Shown here one piece after another: positions 18,876 to 30,400 of a DNA stretch of 64,000 nt (positions are counted from its first letter, which is position 1; each line of letters begins with the position of its first letter). This DNA comes from an uncultured Acidobacteriota bacterium (GTDB lineage Bacteria > Acidobacteriota > Thermoanaerobaculia > Multivoradales > UBA5704). Location of the stretch: positions 2,912,001 through 2,976,000 of the forward strand of contig OY969474.1 in assembly GCA_963700145.1 (NCBI GenBank), given 5' to 3'. The notes beneath the pieces are model-generated. The model had not been told where the DNA came from, made no database searches, and was given only the letters and a program-made list of their open reading frames with translations. The translations under genes were made by a program, and so were the position numbers.

Positions 18876-21119
18876 GTGGAGGGATCGCGAGCGAATGGCG
18901 CGGCGGGGGCGGGCCGCGAGCGGATGGCGCTCGCGGCGGCCGCGGCGCTGGCGCTCGGATTGTGGCTCTGGATCGCCCTGCCCCTGGCGCTCGGCCGGCG
19001 CACCCTCTGCTACCGCGACGTCTTCGCCACCCACCTGCCGCTCAAGGCCTTCGGCGCCGCCGAGCTGCGGCAGGGACGGGTGCCGGCCTTCAACCCGACC
19101 TGGGGGCTCGGGCAGCCGTTCCGCGGCAACCCGAACGCCCTCGCCTTCTACCCCGGCAACGTCCTCTACCTGGCGCTCCCCTTCTGGAGCGCCTTCAACC
19201 TGCACTACGCCCTGCACTGGCTGCTCGCCGGGCTCGGCATGCGGGCGCTGGCGCGCGCCCTCGGCCAGGGGCGCGGCGCCGCGCTCCTGGCGGCGATCAC
19301 CTACGCCGGCTCGGGCTGGGTAATGAGCGGGCTCTCCTTCTACAACCTGCTCGCCGTCTCGGCCTGGTGGCCGTTCGTCCTCTGGGGCGCGGTGCGCGGC
19401 GGCCGGCGCGGCGCGGCGCTCGGCGGCGCCGCCTGCGGCATGGCGCTCTTGGGCGGCGAGCCGGTGGCCGCGGCGCTCGGGACGGTGCCGCTCCTCCTCG
19501 CCGCCGCGATGGGCCGCCAAGGCCCTCTGCAAGCGGGGCGCGGCCTGCGCCGGGGGGTGCCGCTCGCGGCGGCGATCGGCGGGCTGGGGCTCCTCGTCGC
19601 GCTGCCGCAGGTGGTGGCCACGGCGCGCGTCCTCCCCTTCACCCTGCGCGGCGCCTACGGCACACTCCCCGGGAGCGGCGGCTACGCGCTCGCGCCCTGG
19701 CGCCTGGCCGAGCTGCTGGTGCCCTTCCCGCGCGGCGTGCCCTGGGACTTGGGGCCGCTGGGCTTCGGCGGCGAGCCGCCGTACGTCCTGACGCTCTCCT
19801 GCGGCGCGGTGGGGCTCTGGCTGGCGGTCCTCGGCGCGCGGCGCGGGCGGGCCTGGGCGGCGCTCGCCGCGGCCGGCCTCGTCGGCGCCTGGGCGGCAGG
19901 GCTCGGCGGCGACGCCCTCCTGACCCTGTCGCGCGGCCTCGCCCGCTACCCCGAGAAGCTCCTCTTCTGGACGGCGCTGGCGGCGCCGCTCCTCGCCGGC
20001 TGGGGCTGCGAGCGCGCGCTCGCCGAGCGGCGCTGGCGCGGCGCGGCGGCCCTCGCCTGCGTGGCGCTGGCGCTGGCGGGCGGGGCGCTCGCGGTGGGGT
20101 CCGCCTTGGCCGGCCTCTGGGCGGGCCTGCTGGCGCTCGCCGCCGCGGCGCTCGGGCTCGCCGCCTGGGGCGCCGCCCGCGGCGGCGCCGGCAGCCTGGC
20201 GACGGCGCAGCTCCTGGCGCTCCTGCCGCTGGGCGGCCTGGCGGTGACGGCGCCGGTGGCCGACTTCGACCGCCCGGCGCCCTGGGCCGAGCGGCTGGGA
20301 GCGGGCGCCGCGGTCGTCAGCTCGACGACCGCCAGCCCCTTCGGTAACCCCCGCCCGGCCTACCGCCTCGCCGACACCTCCTACGCCGCGCAGCTCCGCC
20401 TCTCGGCGCTCGACCTCGACCCCGCGCCCGGCGTGCTGCACGGCCTGGCCTACCCCATCGCCCCCGACCTCGAAGGGATGCAGTCGCCGCTCGCCGGCCT
20501 CCTGCAGCGGAACCTCCCGGGGATCGACTGGCCGGAGCGCGCCAACTGGCTGCGGGCGCTCGGCGTCGACGCGGCGGTGCTGCACCAGCCGCCGGCGACG
20601 CCGCGCCTGCGTCTGGTCGAGGCGGCCGAGCGCGCCGGCACGGTGAGCTTCCTGGCGCGCGTCGTCGCCCCCGCGCCGGGCGCCTGGTGGCCGCGCGAGG
20701 TGGCGGTCGCCGACATCCCAGCCGAGGCGTTTCGCGCGGTGAGCGTCGCCGCCGATCCGCTGGCCCGCGTCGTCGCCTCGCGGCCGGTCGCGCACCGGCC
20801 CGGCGGCCTTGTGCGCGCTCTGCGCGCCGGCCCCGACCGGTTGGAGGTGGAGGTCGATTCCCCAGGCGGCCTCCTCGTGCTCCGCCGCGCCTTCCAGCCG
20901 CTCTACCGCGCGACGAGCGCCGGCCGGCCGCTCGCCACTCTACCGGTGGACTTGGCGCTTCTCGGCGTCGAGCTGCCGCCGGGACGGCACCGCGTGGTGC
21001 TGGCGGTGCCGGCGGGCCCGGAGGTCGCCGCCGCGGCCGCCGGCACCGCGGCGCTCGCCGTCGCGCTGGCGCTCGGGCTCTGGCCGGCGCGGCCGCGGGC
21101 GCGCGGGAGCGCCGCGTGA
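18876..21119 (+). CDS. YfhO-like GT-C membrane protein
   Basis: RDV..THLP.K, P.FNP..GLGQPF.GNPN...FYPGN, RYPEK, C-terminal GVELPPGRHRV. Start uncertain (18876 or ATG ~18924). Confidence 0.75.
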   Translation: MEGSRANGAAGAGRERMALAAAAALALGLWLWIALPLALGRRTLCYRDVFATHLPLKAFGAAELRQGRVPAFNPTWGLGQPFRGNPNALAFYPGNVLYLALPFWSAFNLHYALHWLLAGLGMRALARALGQGRGAALLAAITYAGSGWVMSGLSFYNLLAVSAWWPFVLWGAVRGGRRGAALGGAACGMALLGGEPVAAALGTVPLLLAAAMGRQGPLQAGRGLRRGVPLAAAIGGLGLLVALPQVVATARVLPFTLRGAYGTLPGSGGYALAPWRLAELLVPFPRGVPWDLGPLGFGGEPPYVLTLSCGAVGLWLAVLGARRGRAWAALAAAGLVGAWAAGLGGDALLTLSRGLARYPEKLLFWTALAAPLLAGWGCERALAERRWRGAAALACVALALAGGALAVGSALAGLWAGLLALAAAALGLAAWGAARGGAGSLATAQLLALLPLGGLAVTAPVADFDRPAPWAERLGAGAAVVSSTTASPFGNPRPAYRLADTSYAAQLRLSALDLDPAPGVLHGLAYPIAPDLEGMQSPLAGLLQRNLPGIDWPERANWLRALGVDAAVLHQPPATPRLRLVEAAERAGTVSFLARVVAPAPGAWWPREVAVADIPAEAFRAVSVAADPLARVVASRPVAHRPGGLVRALRAGPDRLEVEVDSPGGLLVLRRAFQPLYRATSAGRPLATLPVDLALLGVELPPGRHRVVLAVPAGPEVAAAAAGTAALAVALALGLWPARPRARGSAA

Positions 21120-23581
21120 GCCTCCCGGCCCGCCTCGCCCGCGGCGGCGTCCCCTGGGGGCAGGCCGCGGCGCTCTTGCTCCTCCTCGTCTGGGTCTTCC
21201 TGCCGCTGGTGCGCGGCACGGAGACCCTCTTCATGCGCGACGTCTTCAACGCCCACCTGGAGATGAAGTGGGCGCAGGCCGAGGCGATGCGCGAGGGCTA
21301 TCTGCCGCTGCTCGACATCTACCGCGCCGGCGGCCAGCCGCTCCTCGGCAACCTCAACGCCGTGCCGCTCTACCCCGACAACCTGCTCTATCTCGCGGCG
21401 CCCTTCTTCTGGGCCTTCAACGCGCACTTCTGGCTGCACGTGCTGCTGGCGCCCTTCGCCATGGCCTGGCTGGGGCGGGCCTGGGGCCTCTCGCCGCCGG
21501 CCGCCTGGGCCGCCGGGGTTTGCTACGGGCTCTCCGGCTTCTATCTCTCGAACCTCACCTTCTACAACCTGATCGCCGGGGCGACCCTGGCGCCGGCGCT
21601 GGTCGCCGCGGCGCTGCGGCTGGCCGAGGCGGAGGGGCGGCGTGGCTGGCGGGTCGCGGCGGTCGCCGCGCTCTGGGCGCTCCTGCTCCTCGCCGGCGAC
21701 CCGGTCACCGCGCTCCTCGCCGCCGTCCTCGCCTGGGGCGCGGTCGCCGTGCGCTCGGGCCGCCGCCTCGCGCCCTTCGCGCCCCTCGCCTTCGCCTTCG
21801 TCTGCGGCACGCTCCTCGCCGCGCCGCAGCTCGTCGAGTTCCTGCGCATCCTGCCGCTGTCGCAGCGCGGCCAGGGGTACGGGCGGGAGGCGACGACGGT
21901 CGCCAGCTGGGACCCCTGGCAGCTCCCCGAGCAGCTCATCCCCTTCTTCTTCGGCCGCCCCGACCGCATGGGCATCGGCGGTTTCTGGGGGCGGCGCTTC
22001 TACACCAACTGGCAGCCCTACTACTACGCGCTCTACCCGGGGCTCCTGGCGCTGGTCCTCGCCGCGGCTTCGGGGCTGCCGCGGCGGCGGCGCGCTTCCT
22101 GGTGGGCGTGGGGCGCGGCGGGGCTCGGGATCTTCCTCGCCCTCGGGCGCTTCAACCCGCTCGCCGCCTGGCTCTTCAGCCTGCCGCGCGCCGAGGCCTT
22201 CCGCTACCCGGTCAAGTTCTGGCTGCTGGTGGCGGTCGGGGCGGCGGTCCTCTGCGGCCTCGGCTTCGAGCAGGTCTTCGAGCGCGGCCGGCGTGCCGTC
22301 TTCCGCGCCGCCTTCGCGGTGCTCTTCCTGCTGCTCGGCGGCTTCTGGGTCGTCCTCTCCTTCCAGCCGGAGCCGGCGCGGCGGATCAGCGGCTTCCTCA
22401 TCCCGTCGCGCTTCACGAATGCGTTCGAGGTCAACGAGCGAACGCGCTGGGCGGGCTTGTGCCTGATCTCGCTCCTCGTCCTGGCCGCGATCCTCCTCGC
22501 CTGCGGCCTGCTGCGAAAGCGGCCGCTCGCCGCCGGCGCCGCCGCCCTCCTCCTCCACGCCGGCGCGCAGCTCTTCTTCCTGGCGCCGCTCGCGGCGCGT
22601 GACGCCGTCCTCCCCTACACCCTGCGGCCGGCGCTGGCCGCGGAGGTCCCGCCCGGCTCCTACGCCGAGCACGCTTCCTTCCTCGATCTCTTCGGCAACT
22701 GGAAGGACCGCGCCCGCTTCCCCGAGCCGCAGAACCGCTGGGTCGAGCGGCGCGCCTTCCACGACCTCTACCCGCTGGCCGGGCCGCTCTGGGGGGTGCG
22801 CTACCAGCTCAACACCTCGCCCGAGGGGCTGGACGCCTTCATGACCCGCATGGCGCGCGGCACGGTCAAGCAGAGCAAGGACCCGGAGCGGGTGCGGCTG
22901 CTCGCCGCCTGGGGGGTGGACTTCCTGCTCATCACCCGCGAGCTGGCGAAGGAGGCCGAGCCCTACGCCTGGCTGGTGCGGCGCGAGCCGAGCTTCGGGC
23001 AGGAGGTCTTCGTCTACGCGCTGCGCGGGCGGGCGCCGCGGGTGCTCTTCGCCGGCGAGGTGCGGCCGGCGCCGACGATGACCCACGCCTTCAAGATGCT
23101 GGCGGCGCCGGACTTCAACCCCTGGCGCCAGGTCGTGGTGCGCGACGACGTGCCGGCGCGCCGCGGCGCCGGCGGCACGGCGCGGCTGCTGTGGGAGAAG
23201 CGAGAGGCGCTGGAGGTCGAGGTCGAGGCGCGCTCGCCCGGCGTCCTCCTGGTGCAGCGCGCGCACCTGCCGATCTACAAGGCCACCCTCGACGGCCGCC
23301 CCGTGGAGCTGACCGTGGCGAACCTCTACCGCCTCGGCGTCGAAGTCCCCCCGGGCCGCCACCGCGTCCACATCTGGGTCGACCGCCGCCCCCCCCTCTG
23401 GGGCCTCGCCGGCACCGCGCTGGCGCTGCTCAGCCTGACGGCGTTCGGTGCTTGGGACCGCCGGCTACGTAGCCCTGGCCGTACCGCTCTTGGCTCGGCC
23501 GCGGTTGACGCTGCGCTTCGGCCGGAGCTCCAGCGAGAGCTGGCAGCCGAGCACCCGGGCGTAGCGGGCGAGAGTCGATAG
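21116..23581 (+). CDS. YfhO-like GT-C membrane protein
   Basis: RDV..AHL, GGQPLLGNLN..PLYPDN, FRYPVKF, C-terminal GVEVPPGRHRV. GTG overlaps the previous TGA. Confidence 0.8.
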   Translation: MSLPARLARGGVPWGQAAALLLLLVWVFLPLVRGTETLFMRDVFNAHLEMKWAQAEAMREGYLPLLDIYRAGGQPLLGNLNAVPLYPDNLLYLAAPFFWAFNAHFWLHVLLAPFAMAWLGRAWGLSPPAAWAAGVCYGLSGFYLSNLTFYNLIAGATLAPALVAAALRLAEAEGRRGWRVAAVAALWALLLLAGDPVTALLAAVLAWGAVAVRSGRRLAPFAPLAFAFVCGTLLAAPQLVEFLRILPLSQRGQGYGREATTVASWDPWQLPEQLIPFFFGRPDRMGIGGFWGRRFYTNWQPYYYALYPGLLALVLAAASGLPRRRRASWWAWGAAGLGIFLALGRFNPLAAWLFSLPRAEAFRYPVKFWLLVAVGAAVLCGLGFEQVFERGRRAVFRAAFAVLFLLLGGFWVVLSFQPEPARRISGFLIPSRFTNAFEVNERTRWAGLCLISLLVLAAILLACGLLRKRPLAAGAAALLLHAGAQLFFLAPLAARDAVLPYTLRPALAAEVPPGSYAEHASFLDLFGNWKDRARFPEPQNRWVERRAFHDLYPLAGPLWGVRYQLNTSPEGLDAFMTRMARGTVKQSKDPERVRLLAAWGVDFLLITRELAKEAEPYAWLVRREPSFGQEVFVYALRGRAPRVLFAGEVRPAPTMTHAFKMLAAPDFNPWRQVVVRDDVPARRGAGGTARLLWEKREALEVEVEARSPGVLLVQRAHLPIYKATLDGRPVELTVANLYRLGVEVPPGRHRVHIWVDRRPPLWGLAGTALALLSLTAFGAWDRRLRSPGRTALGSAAVDAALRPELQRELAAEHPGVAGESR

Positions 23582-23794
23582 GCGGATGTCGCCGGCGCGG
23601 GTCTCGATGCGGCTGACGGCGGACTTTTTCGTGGCCAAACGCTCCGCCATTTCGTCCTGGGTCAAGCCGGCACGCTGGCGGGCTTGCCGGAGGAGCACGC
23701 CGATCCGGAGATCCGCATAGCCGGACTCTAGTCCCTCGGCGAACTCCGGGTCTCTCGCGGCGCGCGCTCGCGCGTACTTTTTGACGTCACTCAT
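23465..23794 (-). CDS. XRE-family HTH antitoxin (HigA-like)
   Basis: MSDVKKY..., LRQARQRAGLTQDEMAERLATKKSAVSRIE, DIRLSTL. ATGA coupling to the toxin. Confidence 0.85.
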   Translation of the reverse strand: MSDVKKYARARAARDPEFAEGLESGYADLRIGVLLRQARQRAGLTQDEMAERLATKKSAVSRIETRAGDIRLSTLARYARVLGCQLSLELRPKRSVNRGRAKSGTARAT

Positions 23795-24147
23795 CCCTTG
23801 TTCCTCCTGCGATGCAGATGATCCTGCCGGCGTTGTTGCGCGAGCGCGATCTCGCGGCGCGGCGTCGTCTCGCTCTTCTTGGCAAAGCCGCCGGTCAACA
23901 CGAGCAGGCGCGGCCCGTCGAAGAACCCGAGGAGGCGGAAGGCGTCTCCGCCATGCTGCGCTCGCACTTCCCAGATGCCGTCCGTCCCTTCCAGTTTCTT
24001 GAAGAATTGCACGGGCACGACCCCCAGCTCCTCGACCAGCCGCAGCACCCAGACCAACTTCTGCGCCTGCTTGCCCGTCAGCGAATCGAGGAACTCCTCC
24101 ACCGGGCAGCGGCCCGAAGCGGCCCGGTAGAAGCGGACCTCTCGCAC
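23791..24147 (-). CDS. RelE/ParE-superfamily (Gp49/HigB-like) toxin
   Basis: FY...SGRCPVEEFLDSL, KKLEGTDGIWEVR, RLLGFF, GFAKKSETTPRREIALA. Confidence 0.85.
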   Translation of the reverse strand: MREVRFYRAASGRCPVEEFLDSLTGKQAQKLVWVLRLVEELGVVPVQFFKKLEGTDGIWEVRAQHGGDAFRLLGFFDGPRLLVLTGGFAKKSETTPRREIALAQQRRQDHLHRRRNKG

Positions 24148-24153
24148 CTGGAG

Positions 24154-24173
24154 AGGTTAACACCAATGTGAAC
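24154..24173 (-). promoter_or_regulatory. Extended -10 promoter and overlapping palindromic operator of the TA operon
   Basis: On the minus strand, TGT-TAACCT lies 6 nt before the GTG. Imperfect palindrome GTTAACA-N4-TGTGAAC at 24156-24173. Confidence 0.5.
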
Positions 24174-24184
24174 CGCGAGGCGCG

Positions 24185-24832
24185 CTACGGGATCAGGAAG
24201 TAGCTCGGCAGCCAGGCGGCCTGGTGGAGGGCTTCGATGAGCTCGATGACGCCGATCAGGGGCACGACGGCGCCGGCGGCGATGAGCTCGTGGCGGAAGG
24301 CGCGGGGGTTGAGCTGCAAGGCGCTCTCGTCGACGAAGGCGGACCAGCGCGGGAAGAAGAGGGGAACCCGCCGCTTGTAGGCGGCGTAGCCGGGGAAGTT
24401 GTCGTCGAGGAACCGCTCCTCGCGGCGGATGACGGAGGGGTAGTAGACGGCGAAGGCGGCGGCGATGAGCAGCGGCGCGGTGAGCGTCTCGGTGCAGAGG
24501 CCGAGGCCGACCGCGCCGACGAGTGAGCAGAAGTAGAGCGGGTGGCGGCAGAGCGAGTACGGGCCGGTCGTGACCAGCGCCCGCTTCTTGCGGCCGGTGA
24601 TGTAGGCGAGGCACCAGAGGCGGCCGAGGAAGCCGAGGGCCACGAGCAGGATCCCGAGGATGAAGAGCGTCTCCTCGACCAGGACGTGGTTCGCGTGGTC
24701 CCAGTAGTTCGAGCCCAGGGTGAGGAGGACCAGCACCGCGACGCCGAAGCCGCGGCTGGCGATCAGCCGCACCCGCGTGCCGCGGCACTGCAGGCCGTTC
24801 AGCGTCTGGGGCGGGCGCACGCGAAGCTCCAT
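24185..24832 (-). CDS. Isoprenylcysteine carboxyl methyltransferase (ICMT/PEMT) family membrane protein
   Basis: LVTTGPYSLCRHPLY, EERFL, YAAYKRRVP.FFP. GAGGAGG RBS before MELRVRP. Confidence 0.85.
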   Translation of the reverse strand: MELRVRPPQTLNGLQCRGTRVRLIASRGFGVAVLVLLTLGSNYWDHANHVLVEETLFILGILLVALGFLGRLWCLAYITGRKKRALVTTGPYSLCRHPLYFCSLVGAVGLGLCTETLTAPLLIAAAFAVYYPSVIRREERFLDDNFPGYAAYKRRVPLFFPRWSAFVDESALQLNPRAFRHELIAAGAVVPLIGVIELIEALHQAAWLPSYFLIP

Positions 24833-25016
24833 CCGTCCCTCCTCGCTCGAATGATTAAATCGTTCGAGATCAATACTTTGCCGCGGCAGTGGCTGCGTAG
24901 CCTTGTAGGGGAATCGGCGCCCGCTGTCAATGGGCCCGGCCCCGAGACGGTCCTCGGCATCGACACGTTGGACGCGCGGCGGTGTGGAATCCTTCGCTAG
25001 GATAGCCGCCTCCCGC

Positions 25017-26548
<1,532 letters not shown>

Positions 26549-26549
<1 letters not shown>

Positions 26550-27052
26550 TGGAGCTCGTCGTGCGCGCCGGCGAGCGGGAGGAGCGGGTGCAAATCGCGC
26601 GCGCCGAAGGGGGCTACCGCGTGACCGTCGGCGAGCAGACCTACGAGGTCGATTCGGTGGTCGTGGCCGGCGAGCTCTACAGCCTGCGCGTCGGCGGCGT
26701 GCAAGAGGAGGTCTGGGTCCACCGCGCCGAGGAGGGCCGCTACCAGGTGAGCTGGCCGGGCGGCGCCGTCGAGGCCGAGGTCGCCGACCCGCTGACGGTC
26801 CTGGCCCGCTCCGCCCACGGCCCCGGCGGCCCCAAAGGCCCGCGCCGCGTCGCCGCCTACATGCCCGGCCGGGTGGTAGCGGTCCTGGCGGCCGAAGGCG
26901 ACGAGGTCGCCGCCGGCCAGGGCATCGTGGTGCTCGAAGCGATGAAGATGGAAAACGAGATCCAAGCCGACCGCGCCGGCACCATCCGAGCCGTCTTCGT
27001 CACCCCGGGGCAGGCGGTGGAGGGCGGGGACCCGCTGTTCGAGATCGGGTAG
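26549..27052 (+). CDS. Biotin carboxyl carrier (biotin/lipoyl attachment) protein
   Basis: MPGRVV and EAMKMENEI biotinylation motif. ATG overlaps the accC TGA. Confidence 0.9.
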
Positions 27053-27064
27053 GTCGCGGCCAAA

Positions 27065-27406
27065 TCAAGCCGCTTTGAGAACGAAGCTCACGCGCACGGC
27101 GTCGAACGGGAAGAGGATCCGCCCTTCCTCCGTCCGCCTGAGGATCCCGGCGTCGAGCAGCGCGTGCACGTCGCCGTGCACCGCCTTGACGTCCCGCTGA
27201 ACGCGGCGTGCCGCCTCGCGCAGCGTCACGGGGCCCGCGCCGGTTAGCGCCGCGAGCAGCTCCCACCGCTTCTGCGTCAGCACCTTGAACAGCAGCGCCG
27301 GCGTCTCGAAGCTGATCACGGCCCCCTGCGGCCGCCCCTCGAACGCCTGCCGCACCCGGAGATCGGTTTCGCTGCGAGGCGAGACTTTCAAGACGACAGT
27401 GCGCAT
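27065..27406 (-). CDS. Small winged-HTH DNA-binding protein (COG4190/HVO_A0114-like putative antitoxin)
   Basis: ISFETP..LFKVLT.KRWELL...GP...REAARRV.RDVKAVHGDVHALL. GGAGG RBS before MRTVVL. Confidence 0.75.
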   Translation of the reverse strand: MRTVVLKVSPRSETDLRVRQAFEGRPQGAVISFETPALLFKVLTQKRWELLAALTGAGPVTLREAARRVQRDVKAVHGDVHALLDAGILRRTEEGRILFPFDAVRVSFVLKAA

Positions 27407-27496
27407 GTCAGGACCTCCGTTGCTCTTGCTGACACGGCGCAATGCTAGTGCGACTGCTAGCATGGAAAGCAAGTGTCATAGCTGACGAGCTGACCG

Positions 27497-30400
27497 ATGC
27501 CCGACGTCGTCATCGAGAATCCGATCCTCAACTCGCCGTTCGCGGAGCCGACGCGGCATTTCCGCTTCACCGACGATGGGATCACCGACGAGATCGTGGA
27601 GGAGCGCCGCCTCGCCGGATATTTCATCCCGATCCCACAACCGAAGAAGCGCGGCAAGCAGCTCGCCATCGACACCCAGTGGACGCAGGACCGCTTCAAG
27701 GAGGCGGAGTTCATCAATCGGGTGCGGGCGCGGGTCAAGGTCTGGCGGCAGCAGCGGTGGCCCGGGGTCACGAACACAACGGCGCGCCTGCTCGAGCACT
27801 GGTCGAGCACCGGCCGCGAGCGCCGCCTCTTCTTCTGCCAGATCGAAGCGCTGGAGACGGCGATCTATCTCGCCGAAGTCGCCGACAAGCAGGGCGACGC
27901 CTGGATCGCGAACTCCTTGCGCGAAGCAAACGAGCTCGCGAACCCGGGCCTCTACCGGATCGCCATCAAGATGGCGACCGGCAGCGGCAAGACGGTGGTC
28001 ATGGGCATGCTCATCGCCTGGCAGGCTCTCAACAAGCTCCAGAGCCCGCAGGACGCCCGCTTCTCCGACGCCTTCCTGATCGTCACCCCGGGGATCACCA
28101 TCCGCGACCGTCTCCGCGTCCTGCTGCCGAGCGATCCCGAGAACTACTACAAGCAGCTCGACCTCGTCCCACCCGATCTCGCCGAGCGCCTCGGCCAGGC
28201 GAAGATCCTGATCACGAACTTCCACGCCTTCCTTCTCCGCGAGACCGTCGAAGCGTCGAAGACGACCAAGGCGATCCTTGGCCGTGGCAAGCCGGGGAGC
28301 TTCACCGAGACCCCGGCCGAGATGGTGCGCCGCGTCTGCCGCGACCTGGGAAACAAGAAGCACCTCGTCGTGCTCAACGACGAGGCTCACCACTGTTACC
28401 GACGCCGCCCGGAGACCGAGGAGGAGAAGCTGTCCGGCGAAGAGAAGAAGGAGGCCAAGAAGCGCGAGGAGGAGGCCCGTGTCTGGATCTCGGGGCTGGA
28501 GGCGATCCAGCGCAAGCTCGGCCTTCGCGCCATCTACGATCTGTCGGCGACCCCGTTCTTCCTCAAAGGCTCGGGCTACCAGGAGGGAACGATCTTTCCC
28601 TGGGTCGTCTCGGACTTCTCACTCATCGACGCCATCGAAGCCGGCATCGTCAAGGTGCCGCGGGTGCCCGTGGCGGACGACGCGATGATCGGCGATGCGC
28701 CTACCTACCGCGACCTCTGGGCGCGCATCCGGGCGGACCTCCCAAAGAAGGGACGCGGAACTGAAGCGGTCTCCGGACGGCCGGTGATTCCGGCCGAGCT
28801 GGAAGGCGCACTCCAGAGCCTCTACGGCAACTACAGGAAGGACTACCAGCGCTGGGAGGCCGACGCCGACGCGCAGGCGCGTGGCCGCACGCCGCCGGTC
28901 TTCATCGTGGTGTGCAACAACACCAACGTCTCGAAAGTGGTGTTCGACTACATCGCCGGATTCGAGACCATCGGGCCGGACGGGGCGCCGCTCCTCGTGC
29001 CCGGCCAGCTCGACATCTTCAGCAACGTCGACGGCGGGCGCTGGTCGTCGCGGCCGAACACCATCCTCGTCGACAGTGAACAGCTCGAATCGGGCGAGGC
29101 CATGAGCCCGGACTTCAAACAGATCGCCGTGCACGAGATCGCCGAGTGGAAGGCCGCGTACCGCCTCCGCTTCCCAGGCCGCGACCCGGATCAGCTCGGC
29201 GACGAGGACCTCCTGCGCGAGGTGATGAACACGGTCGGCAAGTCCGGCAAGCTCGGCGAGCGGGTGAAGTGCGTCGTCTCGGTCTCGATGCTCACCGAAG
29301 GCTGGGACGCGAACACGGTGACCCACATCCTCGGCGTCCGCGCCTTCGGCACCCAGCTCCTCTGCGAGCAGGTCGTCGGGCGCGGTCTCCGGCGCATGAG
29401 CTACGCCGTCGACGCGGAGGACAAGTTCGCTCCCGAGTACGCCGAGGTCTACGGCGTCCCCTTCTCCTTCATCCCTGCTTCGGGCTCGACGCGGGAGCCG
29501 AAGCTCGGCGCCACTCCGACGCGCGTCCGCGCCCTCGAGGATCGCCGCGACCTCGAGATCACCTTCCCCCGCGTCGAGGGCTACCGCTACGAGGTCGGCG
29601 ACCAGCCCCTCCAGGCCCGATTCAGCGAGGAGTCGCGGATGGCGGTCTCGACGGCCGACCTCCCGTCGAAGACCGAGAACGCGCCGATCGTCGGCGAGAC
29701 CTCCCTCCACACGCTGGACGACATCAAGGCGCGCCGCCCCCAGGAGGCCGAGTTCCTGCTTGCCAAGCTCGTCTGCGAGACACACTTCGGGGGCAAGCCC
29801 TGGCGATTCCCCGAGATCCTGCGGATCACCCGCCGCTGGCTGGGGGAGTGCCTGACGCTCAAGGACAACGTTTTCGTGCAGTACCTCCTCTTCGCGGAGC
29901 TGGCGCATCGCGCGGCCGAGAAGATCTACCGTGCGATCCCTCCGGCGACTGGCGGCGGCGACTCGGTGCTCAAGCCGATTCTGGCTCCCTACGACACCGT
30001 GGGCTCGACCCGTTACGTAGAGTTCGATACCACGAAGGGCGTTTGGCGGACGCGGCCGGACAAGTGCCACGTCTCCCACGTCGTGCTTGACAGCAACTGG
30101 GAGGCGAAGCTAGCGCAGTCGCTCGAGGAGATGGACGAGGTCGTCGCCTACGTGAAGAACGCCCAGCTCGGCTTCACCATCCCCTACACCGTCGACGGCC
30201 AGACGCGGCGCTACATCCCCGACTACATCGTCCGCATCGACGACGGCCGCGGGCCGGACGACCTCCTCAACCTCGTCCTGGAGGTCACGGGCGAGAAGGA
30301 GACCGACAAGGAAGCCAAGGTCGCGACCGCCCGCGACCTCTGGGTCCCCGCGGTGAACAACGAGGGCGCCTTCGGCCGCTGGGCCTTCCTCGAGGTCCGG

